The notes below the pieces were generated by a model. It was given only the letters and a program-made list of their open reading frames with translations, had not been told where the DNA came from and searched no databases. The translations under genes were made by a program, and so were the position numbers. Shown here piece by piece: positions 12,925 to 27,072 of a stretch of 54,184 nucleotides of DNA. Location of the stretch: NCBI RefSeq assembly GCF_001194135.2, contig NC_068989.1, positions 27,947,398 to 28,001,581 on the forward strand, in the 5' to 3' direction. Positions within the stretch are counted from its first letter, which is position 1. Each line of letters opens with the position of its first letter. This DNA is from Octopus bimaculoides. Lineage: Eukaryota.

Positions 12925-13826
12925 ATGCCTAGAAGGAAAGTGTCAAATTTGTTTATAATGTCAAGATCAGTTTAAAGAATGTCTCTGTCTAGGGAAAGAG
13001 AGGCATCTGCAGAAAGGGGAGCATACCAAGAAACGAATAGATTGTGCACTACAAAAGCCAGAGCATTTCGAAGTAATGAACAGAGTATGCACGGCTGACA
13101 AGGAATAGGATCTTCAATGCAGAACGAAGAAAAGTTGCAACAGCTCAGAGAAGCAACTTCTATGAAGCAGCTTTGAATTATCATCCAGCAGTTCACTATG
13201 GAGATGACACTAGAGTTTCTCTTGGTGGAATGACAACTGAGAGCATAAATTGTAAATCACGGAAGTGGCCTGGGGTGACATCTGCATTGTGCTGCAGTGG
13301 TGGAAAGGTCAACCTCCCCGCAATCCCCCAGCCTCCAGAATCGTTGAAGAAACTGTTGTCATCAACTCACCATTATTCCAAACCAAAACTAGACAATACA
13401 AAGTTGTACTACAAGTGACATCATTTGGAGTCACAAGAAATTTAACTGAGCCAGGTTTCATGTGCAAACTTTCAAGATCCAAGGTTTGATTTATCCTCGG
13501 ATTAGCTCTCTACTACCTCTGTCAAATGAATCACCAAAATCGACCTTTCATTGTTTGTAATTTGTACCTGTTTTTTTGGTTATGAAATAAGCTACACAAA
13601 ACATGTTTTTGAATTACGTGTGTTTACTTCATATACATACATGAGTTGAAAACTTTCTTTTAACATTTTAATTAACGTCTATGTTTCATGCTGTCATGAG
13701 TTGGAGAGTTATTAATGCGGAAAGTTCGTATATCAGCTACTAGCAGTCGAGCCCTGCGTAACCTAAACGGCATTTTTTAATTTCATTATTCTCTTTAACC
13801 CAGGCAACGCCGGGTATATCTTTTAC
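12925..13826 (+). mobile_element. Helitron remnant (RepHel N-terminal region plus 3' hairpin)
   Basis: Frameshifted translation gives FYEAALNYHPAVHYG...SLGGM...CKSRKWPG...CCSGGKVNLPAIPQPPESLKKLL, then VTSFG and TFKIQG..Y..ISSLLP, typical of Helitron RepHel. A GC hairpin ACCCaGGC-AAC-GCCGGGT lies at 13798-13815. Confidence 0.75.
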
Positions 13827-14713
13827 TCTATTATATTTTATTAATTTTTACATTCTTATAAGCATCATGATTAGATTAATATGAGTTTCTGACGATGGAC
13901 AAAGAATTCATGCATTCCACACTTGAATACGTCCTAAGCATCGTATGCTTCAAAATAGATGTGCTTCTATTTCAATAAAATTCACCGAGTTTGAAGAAAC
14001 CGCTGAGGGATTGCACACAATGATTATTTACAACAAATAAAAACAAATATATTTTCTTGGCTATATTGATTCTTTGTTGATATTTTATGCTATTCTACTT
14101 TAGTGGACGAACTTAACGATCGTATACAACTTTATAAAGTTTGTAACATGCATAGCAGACATATTAGGAAAATAAGAATTTTTTTAAGAACTTAAAACCG
14201 TCTGATTCGTATCGCTAAGACTTTGATTTCGCTCGTTTTAGATTCAGAAAACTTATTTCCGGTGATAAAATCAGCTTTCTGCTCGGGAAATATGAAGAAA
14301 TCATTCCAAGTGAGGAAAACATGCCCTTTCAATCCATAGGTATTTAGGGGAAAACAGATTTTAAACTCAAATTTACTTTAATTCTCTCAAATAATCATAA
14401 TATCCCCATCTCTACAGCAAGAACTTCTCTTTTATATTGCATCATTCCAAATGAAATTTTACAGTGAGGGGAAAAAATAAGTAGTTATTTATGTTCTTTA
14501 TTATCGAGAAATGATATTTACATTATAGTGTTGGTGATGTCATCTTTAATGTTATGCTTTATGTTTGCAATGTATAAACTGGCAGTCCAAAGAAATTATT
14601 GTGATGTAGGATGTATTTCTGTTTATAGATATAAGTTCTTAAAATAGAAATGTCCATGTTTATTAAACTGTAACTTTTTATTTTATGTTTTGCAGAATAT
14701 ACATTATTCAGTG

Positions 14714-14755
14714 ATGGCAGTTTGGAGGTATTTCCCATCTACCGAAAGCTACTAA
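14714..14755 (+). promoter_or_regulatory. Short upstream ORF (13 aa) in the putative 5' UTR part of the exon
   Basis: ATG GCA GTT TGG AGG TAT TTC CCA TCT ACC GAA AGC TAC TAA lies just after the polypyrimidine-rich acceptor TTTTGCAG (14695), and out of frame with the main ATG. Confidence 0.35.
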
Positions 14756-14841
14756 GTGTATAGCCATACTCCCACTAAGCTATACAAACTCATCAAAAAA
14801 GAAGTAAGAAAAATATTGATTTGCAAAAGGAAAGCAAAATC

Positions 14842-15565
14842 ATGTACAAACACGGATTGAAACACATTTCCTTAGTGCCCTTAATGTGCACTTATATTTC
14901 ACTTATTTTGATAATTGGAACAACATTTTCTCTGGCTTTTGAAAATTCTGCGACCGAAGCATCAGTCAGAAACACAACGGTAGAGGGCTATTACACATAT
15001 CAATATTTAGATCTGAATGCAACAGATGATGATATAAATGAGTATGGAACATCTGATGGAGGAAAAAGTGAAACGAATGATGTTGCTGGCTCTGTCGATG
15101 ACGATGACGATATTGTTTCTAAATTTCTCAGTCTTGTCGAAGAATATAAGAAGAATAAGAAAAACTGCACAAAAGGTACATCATATAATCTTGGCGCGGG
15201 TGTAGTGCGTCAGTATGGTTTAAACAGGTTCAAAAAGCAAGCAGATGTCGCCTTAAGTAGAGCTAACCTCCTTACAAGACTTTGGAAGAATGACCCATCA
15301 GGTTTGATGGATTCAGAGTTTCTTCTATATTCCAGTGTTAGAAATATGGTCGAAGGTGACCCTGATATGTTTGCAGCTGGAAATTGTTATAACGTCAATG
15401 AATACAAGGATTATTACTTATTCTGTCCTTACGCTTATATCATGCCTGATGGGCGTATCAACGTTAAAGATTTGTCAGTTGAATACGATTACTATACAAA
15501 CGATTGGTTTTACAACTGCAGAGTAAGTGCTAATAAACGAATACAAACAGCAAATTATACAGTTG
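14842..15565 (+). CDS. First coding exon of a GPR158/GPR179-like class C GPCR (signal peptide plus extracellular Cache-like domain)
   Basis: ATG at 14842 begins a hydrophobic signal peptide (LVPLMCTYISLILIIGTTFSLA). Motifs DIVSKFL..VE..NCTKG...RFKKQADVALSRANLLTRLWK, LYSSVRNMVEGDP, FCPYAY...VKDLSVEYDY...WF match my recollection of invertebrate GPR158-like ectodomains. Acceptor at 14695, phase-1 donor G|GTAAGT at 15566. Confidence 0.78.
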
Positions 15566-16459
15566 GTAAGTAGATTTATGTTATTATTTTGTTTACTATT
15601 TATCAGAATCAAATAGATCTGAGACAGGTGTTGTTATTTTTTCGTTTGAAAATTAGATTTTAAGAACTCTACCCTTTACTTCCGTAGAATAATGTTGCAC
15701 ATGTTCCTTAATAATGTGGAAAAGAAACAAAAACTTATCTCATCTAGTTGTGATTTGAATGAATGAGTCAAACACTAAAATGCGTAAATGTCTTTCTGTA
15801 CAAGTTGCATTCTACTTAATGAATGTAATATTTCACCCTGATTCTACATAAAGTTTATATGTTTAATTTATTTTCATACAAATATTCTTTTTTTTATTTT
15901 TCTTTTCGTTTGTTTCTTCTTCAGTTTCAGTCATTGGACTAGATATGCCACGACATCTGCTTATGGAATGATCGATTACACCGATAGTGATTGGTATTTA
16001 TTTAACCAACATAAGGGCACTAAAATAGAAAGTACAGAAGGGCGTTCAGAGTCATTTCAATTAAGGATATTAGGGCAAACAAGTAACACAAAGTGTTTTC
16101 CCATGCTCTAATAATTCTGTTATGTCTATCCGTCCCTTTTGGGTTTCTTACTATTACGACACTTCACTAAAAGTTAAATACGGAAAAGTAGTTGCTAGTA
16201 GGCGGCTAAAGAGAAACGAACAGTGAGCAATTCAGATACCAGCTGAGTGCTCTATACCACTAAACCACATGCTCGCAACATTTTTCCGTCTTCTAGAAGT
16301 ATTTACCCAAATTTCTAGGCTGTTATCATAGCTATCACGGGTTCGAAATTTACTTTATTTTATTCTAATATACCAACCCACTCGACGCCTTTAAGTTTAT
16401 TTATAAACTAATACTCTCTATCTCTCTCTCTCTCTCTCTCGCTCTCAATCACACTCTCT

Positions 16460-16490
<31 letters not shown>

Positions 16491-19400
16491 CAAATAACAA
16501 CATATGGATTGTGGTTCGCTCACTACAACTGTTTCAGATGTGGTTTGGTTGATGAATAGAATTATTACATCATGCGAAAAAAAACTGTTTTCACCAAGTA
16601 AATGCAATAGCNNNNNNNNNNNNNNNNNNNNNNNNNNNNNNNNNNNNNNNNNNNNNNNNNNNNNNNNNNNNNNNNNNNNNNNNNNNNNNNNNNNNNNNNN
16701 NNNNNNNNNNNNNNNNNNNNNNNNNNNNNNNNNNNNNNNNNNNNNNNNNNNNNNNNNNNNNNNNNNNNNNNNNNNNNNNNNNNNNNNNNNNNNNNNNNNN
16801 NNNNNNNNNNNNNNNNNNNNNNNNNNNNNNNNNNNNNNNNNNNNNNNNNNNNNNNNNNNNNNNNNNNNNNNNNNNNNNNNNNNNNNNNNNNNNNNNNNNN
16901 NNNNNNNNNNNNNNNNNNNNNNNNNNNNNNNNNNNNNNNNNNNNNNNNNNNNNNNNNNNNNNNNNNNNNNNNNNNNNNNNNNNNNNNNNNNNNNNNNNNN
17001 NNNNNNNNNNNNNNNNNNNNNNNNNNNNNNNNNNNNNNNNNNNNNNNNNNNNNNNNNNNNNNNNNNNNNNNNNNNNNNNNNNNNNNNNNNNNNNNNNNNN
17101 NNNNNNNNNNNNNNNNNNNNNNNNNNNNNNNNNNNNNNNNNNNNNNNNNNNNNNNNNNNNNNNNNNNNNNNNNNNNNNNNNNNNNNNNNNNNNNNNNNNN
17201 NNNNNNNNNNNNNNNNNNNNNNNNNNNNNNNNNNNNNNNNNNNNNNNNNNNNNNNNNNNNNNNNNNNNNNNNNNNNNNNNNNNNNNNNNNNNNNNNNNNN
17301 NNNNNNNNNNNNNNNNNNNNNNNNNNNNNNNNNNNNNNNNNNNNNNNNNNNNNNNNNNNNNNNNNNNNNNNNNNNNNNNNNNNNNNNNNNNNNNNNNNNN
17401 NNNNNNNNNNNNNNNATACTCATACATACATACGTATATACACACATACACACACAAATTGTTACCTTATATAACAATATTTCGAGTTAGAAAGCTTGTA
17501 TACAGAATATTTTGGAGTCTAATATTAGCTCTTCTCTTTCGAGATATTTAGCGGAAGACAGATGTTCATTGTGCGTGGTTTTGTTGTGTTGAATTATCAA
17601 ATTAACATAGCTTTCATGTGTGACTGAGATATCCTGATTACAGCAAGTCACCTCGTGTTTTCTAATAAAAGAAGCATACATTTTGAATGTATATTTTCGT
17701 AGCATGTGCCGTCTGCGTAATCTTATATTGACGTAGAACCATCCATATTTATTACATGCAACCTAGTGCACTTCATAATGTCAGATTTAGCACGGATTTA
17801 CGTTTTTTATGCTACTTGATATCAATCTGCTTGGGACTGCCTCGAGTTCTATCGTACATACTTCCTATTTTAAAATGATTTAAATTAAAATCTCCTTTCA
17901 AAATTTCATGTTAATTTAAGTTCCAGACATCAAATTAATTTTCGTAATTGATTATAACAGAGATAGAGTGTTTCAACAGTAAATCGGTAAGAAAAGGAAT
18001 ACATTAGCCAAAGCCTGCGCGACACAACAAAGCAGACGTGTGGAACGAAAATGTAGCACACGAAATTTTGTATTATATTCAGTTGTATTATATTCTTAAA
18101 ATCATTTGGTGTCCCAGCATTTACTTCAATACTGCAATCTTTATCAAGTATTTTTAGCATTCATTTGTATGATAACAACTAATATATAACGTTCTAAGTT
18201 TGTTGTGATATGTCAAAAATTATATTTTATGTACTGCCCTTAGTATCAGCATTATTCATGGATACTCATTCATCCATATCTTTTGTTGACATGAATTGTA
18301 TTTTTATTCCATTAATATTTGAAATATCCCCGGAGTTATTTGGAACATCACAAGTCTCCGAATGTCTCTTGATTTATTTTCTAACCCAAATAATAAAATG
18401 TTAATCTCAGTTTAAATCAATTGTTGAATGTATAATTCCCTTTGATTCTGCTAAATCAGAGACGAAAATACAATATCTAGGATTTATGTTGAGCTTCTGT
18501 AAAACTTGGCTCCGATGTAAAACTTGTTGATGTTACTTCGTTTAGTGAAAACCTTCAGCCAATATGCATATGAGTTGGGATTTATCAATCGGTAAATATT
18601 CCGAATACTTTTCTTGGTACTGTTACTAGCAATGCATTGTGGAACACAGACTTGTTTTAAGACAAAATTGCATATATCTCTACATTTGCTGTAGCATCCT
18701 TTGGTTTATCATATCTTATTGATTACATTATCAGTAGATATATTGTTGTCTGGCATCATGTGCATTTAGTATTCATTGTCCACAATAAGAATAATGGAAA
18801 GCTATTTGTTATGAAGTTCTGAAGATCTTTGTCTGGCGAAAAGTCCTCCTTCGCTTAAATCATAAGATGAGAGCATTTATCAAAACAATTCAATTCTTAT
18901 ATCAAACAGGCTGGTATCAAATGTTGTTCATTCGTTTCATTTATTTATTCGCATACATTGCCAATTTATAAAGATGCTATGTGTGTGTGTTTATGTGTAA
19001 ACCTCTCTTTTTCTCATATATATACGAGTATACATATACATATAGAAAACATTATATATAGAAATATACATATATGTATATACTGTATTATATATNNNNN
19101 NNNNNNNNNNNNNNNNNNNNNNNNNNNNNNNNNNNNNNNNNNNNNNNNNNNNNNNNNNNNNNNNNNNNNNNNNNNNNNNNNNNNNNNNNNNNNNNNNNNN
19201 NNNNNNNNNNNNNNNNNNNNNNNNNNNNNNNNNNNNNNNNNNNNNNNNNNNNNNNNNNNNNNNNNNNNNNNNNNNNNNNNNNNNNNNNNNNNNNNNNNNN
19301 NNNNNNNNNNNNNNNNNNNNNNNNNNNNNNNNNNNNNNNNNNNNNNNNNNNNNNNNNNNNNNNNNNNNNNNNNNNNNNNNNNNNNNNNNNNNNNNNNNNN

Positions 19401-19579
19401 NNNNNNNNNNNNNNNNNNNNNNNNNNNNNNNNNNNNNNNNNNNNNNNNNNNNNNNNNNNNNNNNNNNNNNNNNNNNNNNNNNNNNNNNNNNNNNNNNNNN
19501 NNNNNNNNNNNNNNNNNNNNNNNNNNNNNNNNNNNNNNNNNNNNNNNNNNNNNNNNNNNNNNNNNNATATATATAGACA

Positions 19580-19671
19580 TGTATATGTATGCATGCATGC
19601 ATGTATGTATGTACGTACGTACGTATGTATGTTTGCATGTATGTATGTATGCATGTATGCATGTATGTATG

Positions 19672-19705
<34 letters not shown>

Positions 19706-19714
19706 TGTATGTAT
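19580..19714. repeat. (TATG)n/(CATG) tetranucleotide microsatellite
   Basis: Directly visible. Confidence 0.9.
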
Positions 19715-19972
19715 GCGTGTAAGCGTGTCTGTTTCTATAGATAGATGTACATAGACGTGCTATGCCACGGTTCAGACAAATTTCCTGACATAATGGGTCA
19801 GAAGCTGGCTACGTACATACTTTCGTTGTGCAGACTTAATGTTGTCTATATATCGTAGCATATATGAGCATTTACAGAGCACTTTGGGAGATGAGAATAG
19901 CTTGATAAAACTAATTTAATGTGTGATAATGGAGTATGTGAGTGTCTTGTTACTGCTTGTATGTATATGTAT

Positions 19973-20017
<45 letters not shown>

Positions 20018-20950
20018 GAGAGAGGTATTTAAATAGATATGTGCGAGTAAGAAATTAAATGTATACATGTGCCATTTCGTAAACACAATAATTTCAATAT
20101 ATACATTTTTTCATATTGATGTATAACGGTAACGATTGCAAGATACATATCTTAGCGGTCAATTGTCAAACTTTTATCTATGCTTGATTTTAAATATGAC
20201 AATATTGATGTGATCGCTACTCACCTATATTTTTCCTGGACCGTATCTACTTCCAAACCAATAGAAATCATTTATGTTATATATAACCGTTTACTAATAA
20301 TTTTTATGATCTAACTTATCCTTCGTTAATTTTATTATATAGATTTTTCCCTTGCACATTTAAGTATTATTGTTTCCTTTTTATTCAAATTGTATACTAT
20401 ATATATTTTACATACATGTATATTTTTCTTTAATTTCTATTATTGATTTTTCATTTTCATCTTTCTTATCTTCGTTCTTTACCCTTATTTTGTGGGTTAT
20501 TTTTAATTAATATCTTTTTCTTTTGTTTTCTTTCATTTACTTTATTTATTATAATGGCATCTTCACGAACATCTATAACTCACCACCTAGATACATTTAC
20601 ATTATATATAAGATCCAACTTATTAAACGTATTAGTATTTTGTATGCATCTTTTCAAGAAATATGTTAAACTTTGTTCTATAAGCTCATAAAAACTCTGA
20701 CGAAGTTCTGCCCCATATAGTTAAAAATGATGCCATTTTTAGCATATAACGGAATACTTAGAATTACATATCCATTTTCTTTCTTTCAATATTAATAATA
20801 TGTATTGCTACAATAATCGCTAACATGTCGCAGAGACTTTCTCATTATACGATAGTGATTAACCAGTGGAAATTTTTGGATTATGTAAACCCTACTGTGG
20901 ACCTAACATTCTTGAATTTACTGTATATATGTATATATATGTGTTCGTGT

Positions 20951-21028
<78 letters not shown>

Positions 21029-24000
21029 GATTGCTGACTTTAGATCGAAATCAGTAATTTGAAGGAAAACAACTTATTGATCTAGTCGTCGGCTTATATA
21101 TATTTTATTGACATCAGGATGGGAATTCAAAATATGAAATTTACTGTATTGAAGTTAAATATTATATTTACTCAACAAATCATCTTTCTTCACGGTCGTT
21201 ATCACACAAAATACAAATTTCGTTTCATAAGATGCAACGCCCTAATGTGAACTAAGCTTAATTATCTGATATTTATTATCAATTCATTCATAAATTGCCA
21301 ATACTTGTAATATCGATCCCACTGAAGTATATAAATCTATATGATTTTTTCATATAATTTTATATACGTATGAAATAAATATACTATATAACAACAATGA
21401 TTATTCTTATCGCGGTTGTACTATATAAAAAAAATAATGCATTTAGTGATGAATATAAACAGATGTAAGATCTGAGTCTAATCCCTACTTAGACTCAGCT
21501 TAGCAGTGAATCACGATGATCAAAGGAAATCCATTTCTAACTGTCCTGTTTTCTGTTTGTTTTTCTTATTTCTAGGACTACATTATTCAACGTCTCATCC
21601 GTTTTAAAACAGTAGTATATAATTTGTAGGTGCTTTAGCTACTGTGTTTAGCAGGTCGAGCTATTACGTAGAGAGCTACTTTGTGCATTGTTATTGTTTT
21701 GCCATCAGCTAGGAGATATATATTCGTTGACATGCAGTCATAGTTATATTCAGATCAGTTAACAGAGAGGGCTGCGATTTGAGAAAGATTTAGCTACCAT
21801 TTCTTGTAGACAGTGGCACAATGTAGAGACACCCGTCTATTGCACTTTAGAAAAATGAAGTGTGGAAAATTAAATTGAAAAATAGATTTTTGTTTTCAAA
21901 ACCATTGCTGCGACATTTCTTCCACCTTACAACAGAAATAAAGTTTACAACCGAGAGATGTTCCAGATGCAGTTGCATAGTCTACATCTTTATCTACTAA
22001 ATTAACGTGCGACAGTTGTACTTCAAGAAACGATATAGCATGAAATAGTGGAACTACAGAATGGTGAGGTAGTTAGAACAATTAAGAACTAATTAAATGT
22101 GACATAGTATAAAACTGATGAATATATTAGTTACTACTTTTCCTAACCGAAACTGATCAAGCAATTATTGCTTTAATAATTAAAATATTTCCCTTTTAAT
22201 GTCCGCTTGAATGCTGCAATTGCTGTTATTGGTTCTGTTGAAATTGTTATTGTTATTAAAGACAAGGTAAATCACAATCGAGCAGGTCACTGATCAGACT
22301 ATTTCAGCCGTGTTCATTAGAACTATTGACATAAGAGTTCCAAGCATTACTATCCAGTATGCTATTGAATACAGTGTATCCAATATGTGCAGCCATTTTG
22401 AGACGTTAGAGTTTGGTTTATGGTTGAATTAACTATAACTACTAACAAGTATAATAACCAGGCAGAACTTCGTTCGCAAGACACTTTTTTTCGTTCTTCT
22501 TTAGGGCAGCAGGTATTTTCTAATATTCGAAGTTTATGCATTTCATTCTTTTCCTTTCGTTCTTAAAAAGAGTGAGGCAGTGAATCAGTTTATTTTAAAT
22601 GATTATCTCCTGCAACGTTTCGAATCGATATAAATGCTCGTTTTCAGCTTAAAATATAGCCCAGTAGTTTCTCGTGTTTTATCAGAATAGGAAGGGCAGC
22701 AAACATAACTCAGTATTTTTTCAGGGCCTCCAAGTCTGGTAGAGGAAAAGAGGAAGTCAAAACATTATCCTCAAACTAGAGACCTGGCCGAAACGTGAAA
22801 CAGAGTGAAGTCTATTAAAGCTACTCAAAGGCCACATGGTAATGTTAAATCAAGCGGTTGATTAAGTCTGCCACACAAGAACTCAGAAGAAATACTGCAA
22901 GGCATTTGAAGCGATGCTCTAATATTCCACCGATCTGCTGCAAGGACTAGCGCTTGAATTTATCGATCATGAAAGTATGGGATGTAAATGAAACACAGAG
23001 CGCAACCGAAAATGATATCGCAAACTAGTTTCACTCGTGATCTAGCTACACTTATAAGTCGTCTTCAGAAAATCTTGGCTGAATCCTCTTCGTTATCTTC
23101 ACCAAATTTGGAAACGGTTTCATATATATTAAATACTTCTTTTTATATGTAAATGAATAGATATTGTAATTCAACATTAGGTTGCTGGTGAACAAGATTT
23201 ACGAAGAGGTTTCGATTTCCGTATGAAATTCTGATTTTATTATTGTTCAATCATGTCACTTAAATTTCAGACATGTTTAGACGGTTAGTGAGACGAACAT
23301 TATCAACTGGTTTCAAATCCTATTTGAAGTGATTTTCATTTACATATGCCAGCAACAGCTTTTGAGAATGGCATGAATTACGGATTCTCTTTTATTCATC
23401 TTATTCATTTCCATAAATTTATATAAGAAATTATATTCACTATTTTTTATATCAATACTTATTATTAACAATTAAAAAAGAACATATTCATAATTGTTTG
23501 TATCATAAAATATAAATCAAATCTTTTCTCTGAGCTTTCAGTTACCATTAGATTGGATTATGTATGTTTAAAAATAATGATATCTCTTCTCATTGGACGT
23601 TGAAAAAAAAAAGAAAACAATAAAATATTATGAGTTAAAGATTTCATCTGCCTCAACAAATGCTAACTTAGCTTAGAACGTTTGGAATTTTTAAAGAAAA
23701 CAAAACCACATTTCAATAACGAAGAGAATTTGTATTAGGATTCTGGAGATTTAAAGCTGTTCAAAGTAAATTTAACAATTTAAAAGAAATTTCTCCAGGC
23801 TAGTCTGTCAGCAAATTATAGTTCAGAATCCATTAGAAGCAAGTAGCTATTGTGAAAATAACGTCTACATGCCACAGTTTGAAAATAAGCAACTCTTAGA
23901 TGTTGACAATTTTTGTTACCTAAATAAACTACTTGAAGTTATTGTCGTCGAACCGAGTTAAGTGTATTCATGACGAAACAACATTGCTCTTCTTGAATCC

Positions 24001-24409
24001 TCCTTTTAGAAATCTCAATACAGTTAAGATCACTTCTAGAAAGTGTGTAAAGGTCAGAGGGAGACAAAGCAGAATGTAAGAAAAATGTCAAATATTGAAG
24101 TTACAATAAAATAGAAAGATTTTTTTCTTGTTTTCTCTTTGTTGTGGTTATTGATATCGCTTTCTTCTTCATTCTTTTTTATTCATATAATTTATCGTTG
24201 TATATTTTGCTTCATTTTGATGTTTTATTAATATTATTATGGTTACTATTATTGTTGTTGTTGTTGCTGCGGTGGTTTTGTCGTTATATTCTCTTCTTTA
24301 CGCCATATTTTTTTACTTGAAATCAAAGCAAAAAATATAAAACGTGATTGATGTTATTTGATTTATATAACACCAATAATAGAAAATGTACTTTATATAG
24401 ACACACAGG

Positions 24410-24443
<34 letters not shown>

Positions 24444-26907
24444 TGTATGTAGGCACATAACATATTATGTATGAATATATATATATATGCGCGCGCGCGC
24501 ATCTCATGTTATTTAAAAAGGTAAAGCGCTTTATTATTGAAAGCAAATACAGGCGAATGAATACGCAAGTTAATGTACGTAGCGCATGGAAATTCCTCAG
24601 CTGAGCAAATAGCAATAAAATAGTGAATTTTTTGCTGCTCGAAAAATATGTGTAATGATTTCTTTAAGATTAGAGTAGGTTCCAACCTATTTATGCTGTT
24701 GACTATTATGTCTTATTTTTTTCATTATTCTCCTTATCATAACACATATGCTAGTTATTCTTCTTGTGAATATTGTTTAATATACACACAGCTATGAAAA
24801 TATTTTCTTTATACGTATATAAAAATTATGTAAAATAAGAAACCAGGGTGCCAACCAGACTATCGGATGTTGTTATACATCGTTGGTCAATATGCGATTC
24901 ATAATGATTTTGCTTTCGAATATCGCCACATCGCGAGCTAGTTGAGCTATTCCGTCAAAGGGTTAACCATCTGCAGCTGGGTTGACTGTGATAATCTAGT
25001 GACTGTGTGTGCAATATCTTAGCTCACGCCTCCTACATGTAATAAATGCATCTAAGAAATATTTGTATCTAAAAAGCAATATCCGATATGATGTTACAAA
25101 ATAGCAACCGATGATGTTTTTTCTGAGGCCTTCACGAATTTGCATGCATGATTGATTTTTAACATCTTGACAGCCAGACAGTTAAGGAGACTTATGCTCG
25201 GCAGATTTGTCAGTGATTTTTGTATCGTTTCTCCTTAATCATTTTTATTGATCTTGATATTCGTCCCAACCATATATTCTCATAGCTTCATATACTCTGT
25301 TGAGCCATTTGAACGACTGACTATGAACTTGCTGTTATAGCTCTCCCCATTGTCTTTTTCCTGTATGTATTATCCGTTTTCTTGTTCGTTCTTCTACATA
25401 TCCTTCCACCAACTTAACCATCACATTTAATATTAATTCTTTTCCACCCTTACTTTTAAGACTTCTATATACTAACTACAAAATTGACTTCCACCTCTCT
25501 CTTTCTCTCTCCCTCTCTCTGTAGATATAACTTCTTATATATATTGAGCATTTTCGACCAGCAAAATTTATTCCATCTGAAAATGTCGCAGGGGACTATA
25601 ACTTAGATTTCTGTTATTTCGTAAACATTTACTCACATCAATCTAGTACAAATATATGTGCTAGTAATGCATACTACTGCCACTTACTGACCCCCAAACA
25701 GTTACAAGGTCAGCTTCAGAATTATCTTTCTTAACCGTCATATTCGTGTATGATATCCCCCGATATCTACCAATCTATAAACAACTAATACGAAATTTCT
25801 TTTCCATGCATTCTCTTTAATGATATTTATATATACATCTACATAACTTCATTTGAATCCATTCATGTCATATTAACAACATGTCCACCTATCTAATTTT
25901 ATTTCCAATGACTCGACCGGTGCTTTTCTTGTTGCCAACCCTTACTTACCTGGATTACGTCTTTCATCATTTGGTGTCGGACTTTAGTGAAGAGATCTGA
26001 TCTCAGCACTAATTTGTCTATATTTATACGTCTATTGTGGTACACATACCTATTCCACCATTGAACTTCTCTGCTTTATCATCTGAAATGTAAGATCTTT
26101 CCTACCCTGATGACGGAGGCTCGATTTCTCCAATGATGACAGCTTCCATTACGGCTACATATTGTGAAGAACTACATCTACCAATATTATGACGGATCTC
26201 CGAGCCCGCAGAAACAGCTATTGGATTTATAACACCTTTCTTCCATCCCTTTAATTTTCTCAGTCGTTTGTTTTCTGTGTAAGTTGTATCTATTAATATA
26301 AATATCTATATATTTATAATTAAATATTCATCGTCTGAAAGTTTCTACTCTCTGCTTTCTCTCAGTTTTCTTTTACACACAACACAGATACACATACACA
26401 CAAGCACACGCATACATATACATATACATACATATATATANNNNNNNNNNNNNNNNNNNNNNNNNNNNNNNNNNNNNNNNNNNNNNNNNNNNNNNNNNNN
26501 NNNNNNNNNNNNNNNNNNNNNNNNNNNNNNNNNNNNNNNNNNNNNNNNNNNNNNNNNNNNNNNNNNNNNNNNNNNNNNNNNNNNNNNNNNNNNNNNNNNN
26601 NNNNNNNNNNNNNNNNNNNNNNNNNNNNNNNNNNNNNNNNNNNNNNNNNNNNNNNNNNNNNNNNNNNNNNNNNNNNNNNNNNNNNNNNNNNNNNNNNNNN
26701 NNNNNNNNNNNNNNNNNNNNNNNNNNNNNNNNNNNNNNNNNNNNNNNNNNNNNNNNNNNNNNNNNNNNNNNNNNNNNNNNNNNNNNNNNNNNNNNNNNNN
26801 NNNNNNNNNNNNNNNNNNNNNNNNNNNNNNNNNNNNNNNNNNNNNNNNNNNNNNNNNNNNNNNNNNNNNNNNNNNNNNNNNNNNNNNNNNNNNNNTATAT
26901 ATATATA

Positions 26908-27072
26908 CGACGGGCTTCTTTCAGTTTCTGTCTACCAGATCCGCTCGCAGGGCTTTGGTCGGCCCGAGGCTATAGTAGAGGACACATGCCGAAGGTGCTA
27001 CGCAGTAGGACTGTACCCGGAACCGTGTGATTGGTAAGCAAGCTACTTACTACACAACTACTCCTGCGCCTA
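26908..27072 (-). mobile_element. tRNA-derived SINE, 5' portion
   Basis: Minus strand has an A-box-like head and a GGGTACAGTCC B-box-like motif. The sequence is homologous to the copies at 29085 and 33463. Confidence 0.8.

Noticed and set aside
13889-13945. CUGACGA-U-GGAC...GUCC motif resembling a hammerhead
   Set aside because: The GAAA box reads UAAG and stem I does not pair, so at best it is a dead relic.
18430-18900. Faint piggyBac-like peptide echoes on the minus strand
   Set aside because: Too degenerate to support without a profile search.
20697-20765. CUGACGA core in a repeat tail
   Set aside because: No GAAA box and only about 2 bp of stem I.
21576-21607. Strong-looking splice acceptor as candidate GPCR exon 2
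   Set aside because: The phase-1 frame stops after about 10 codons and shows none of the expected Cache-domain continuation.
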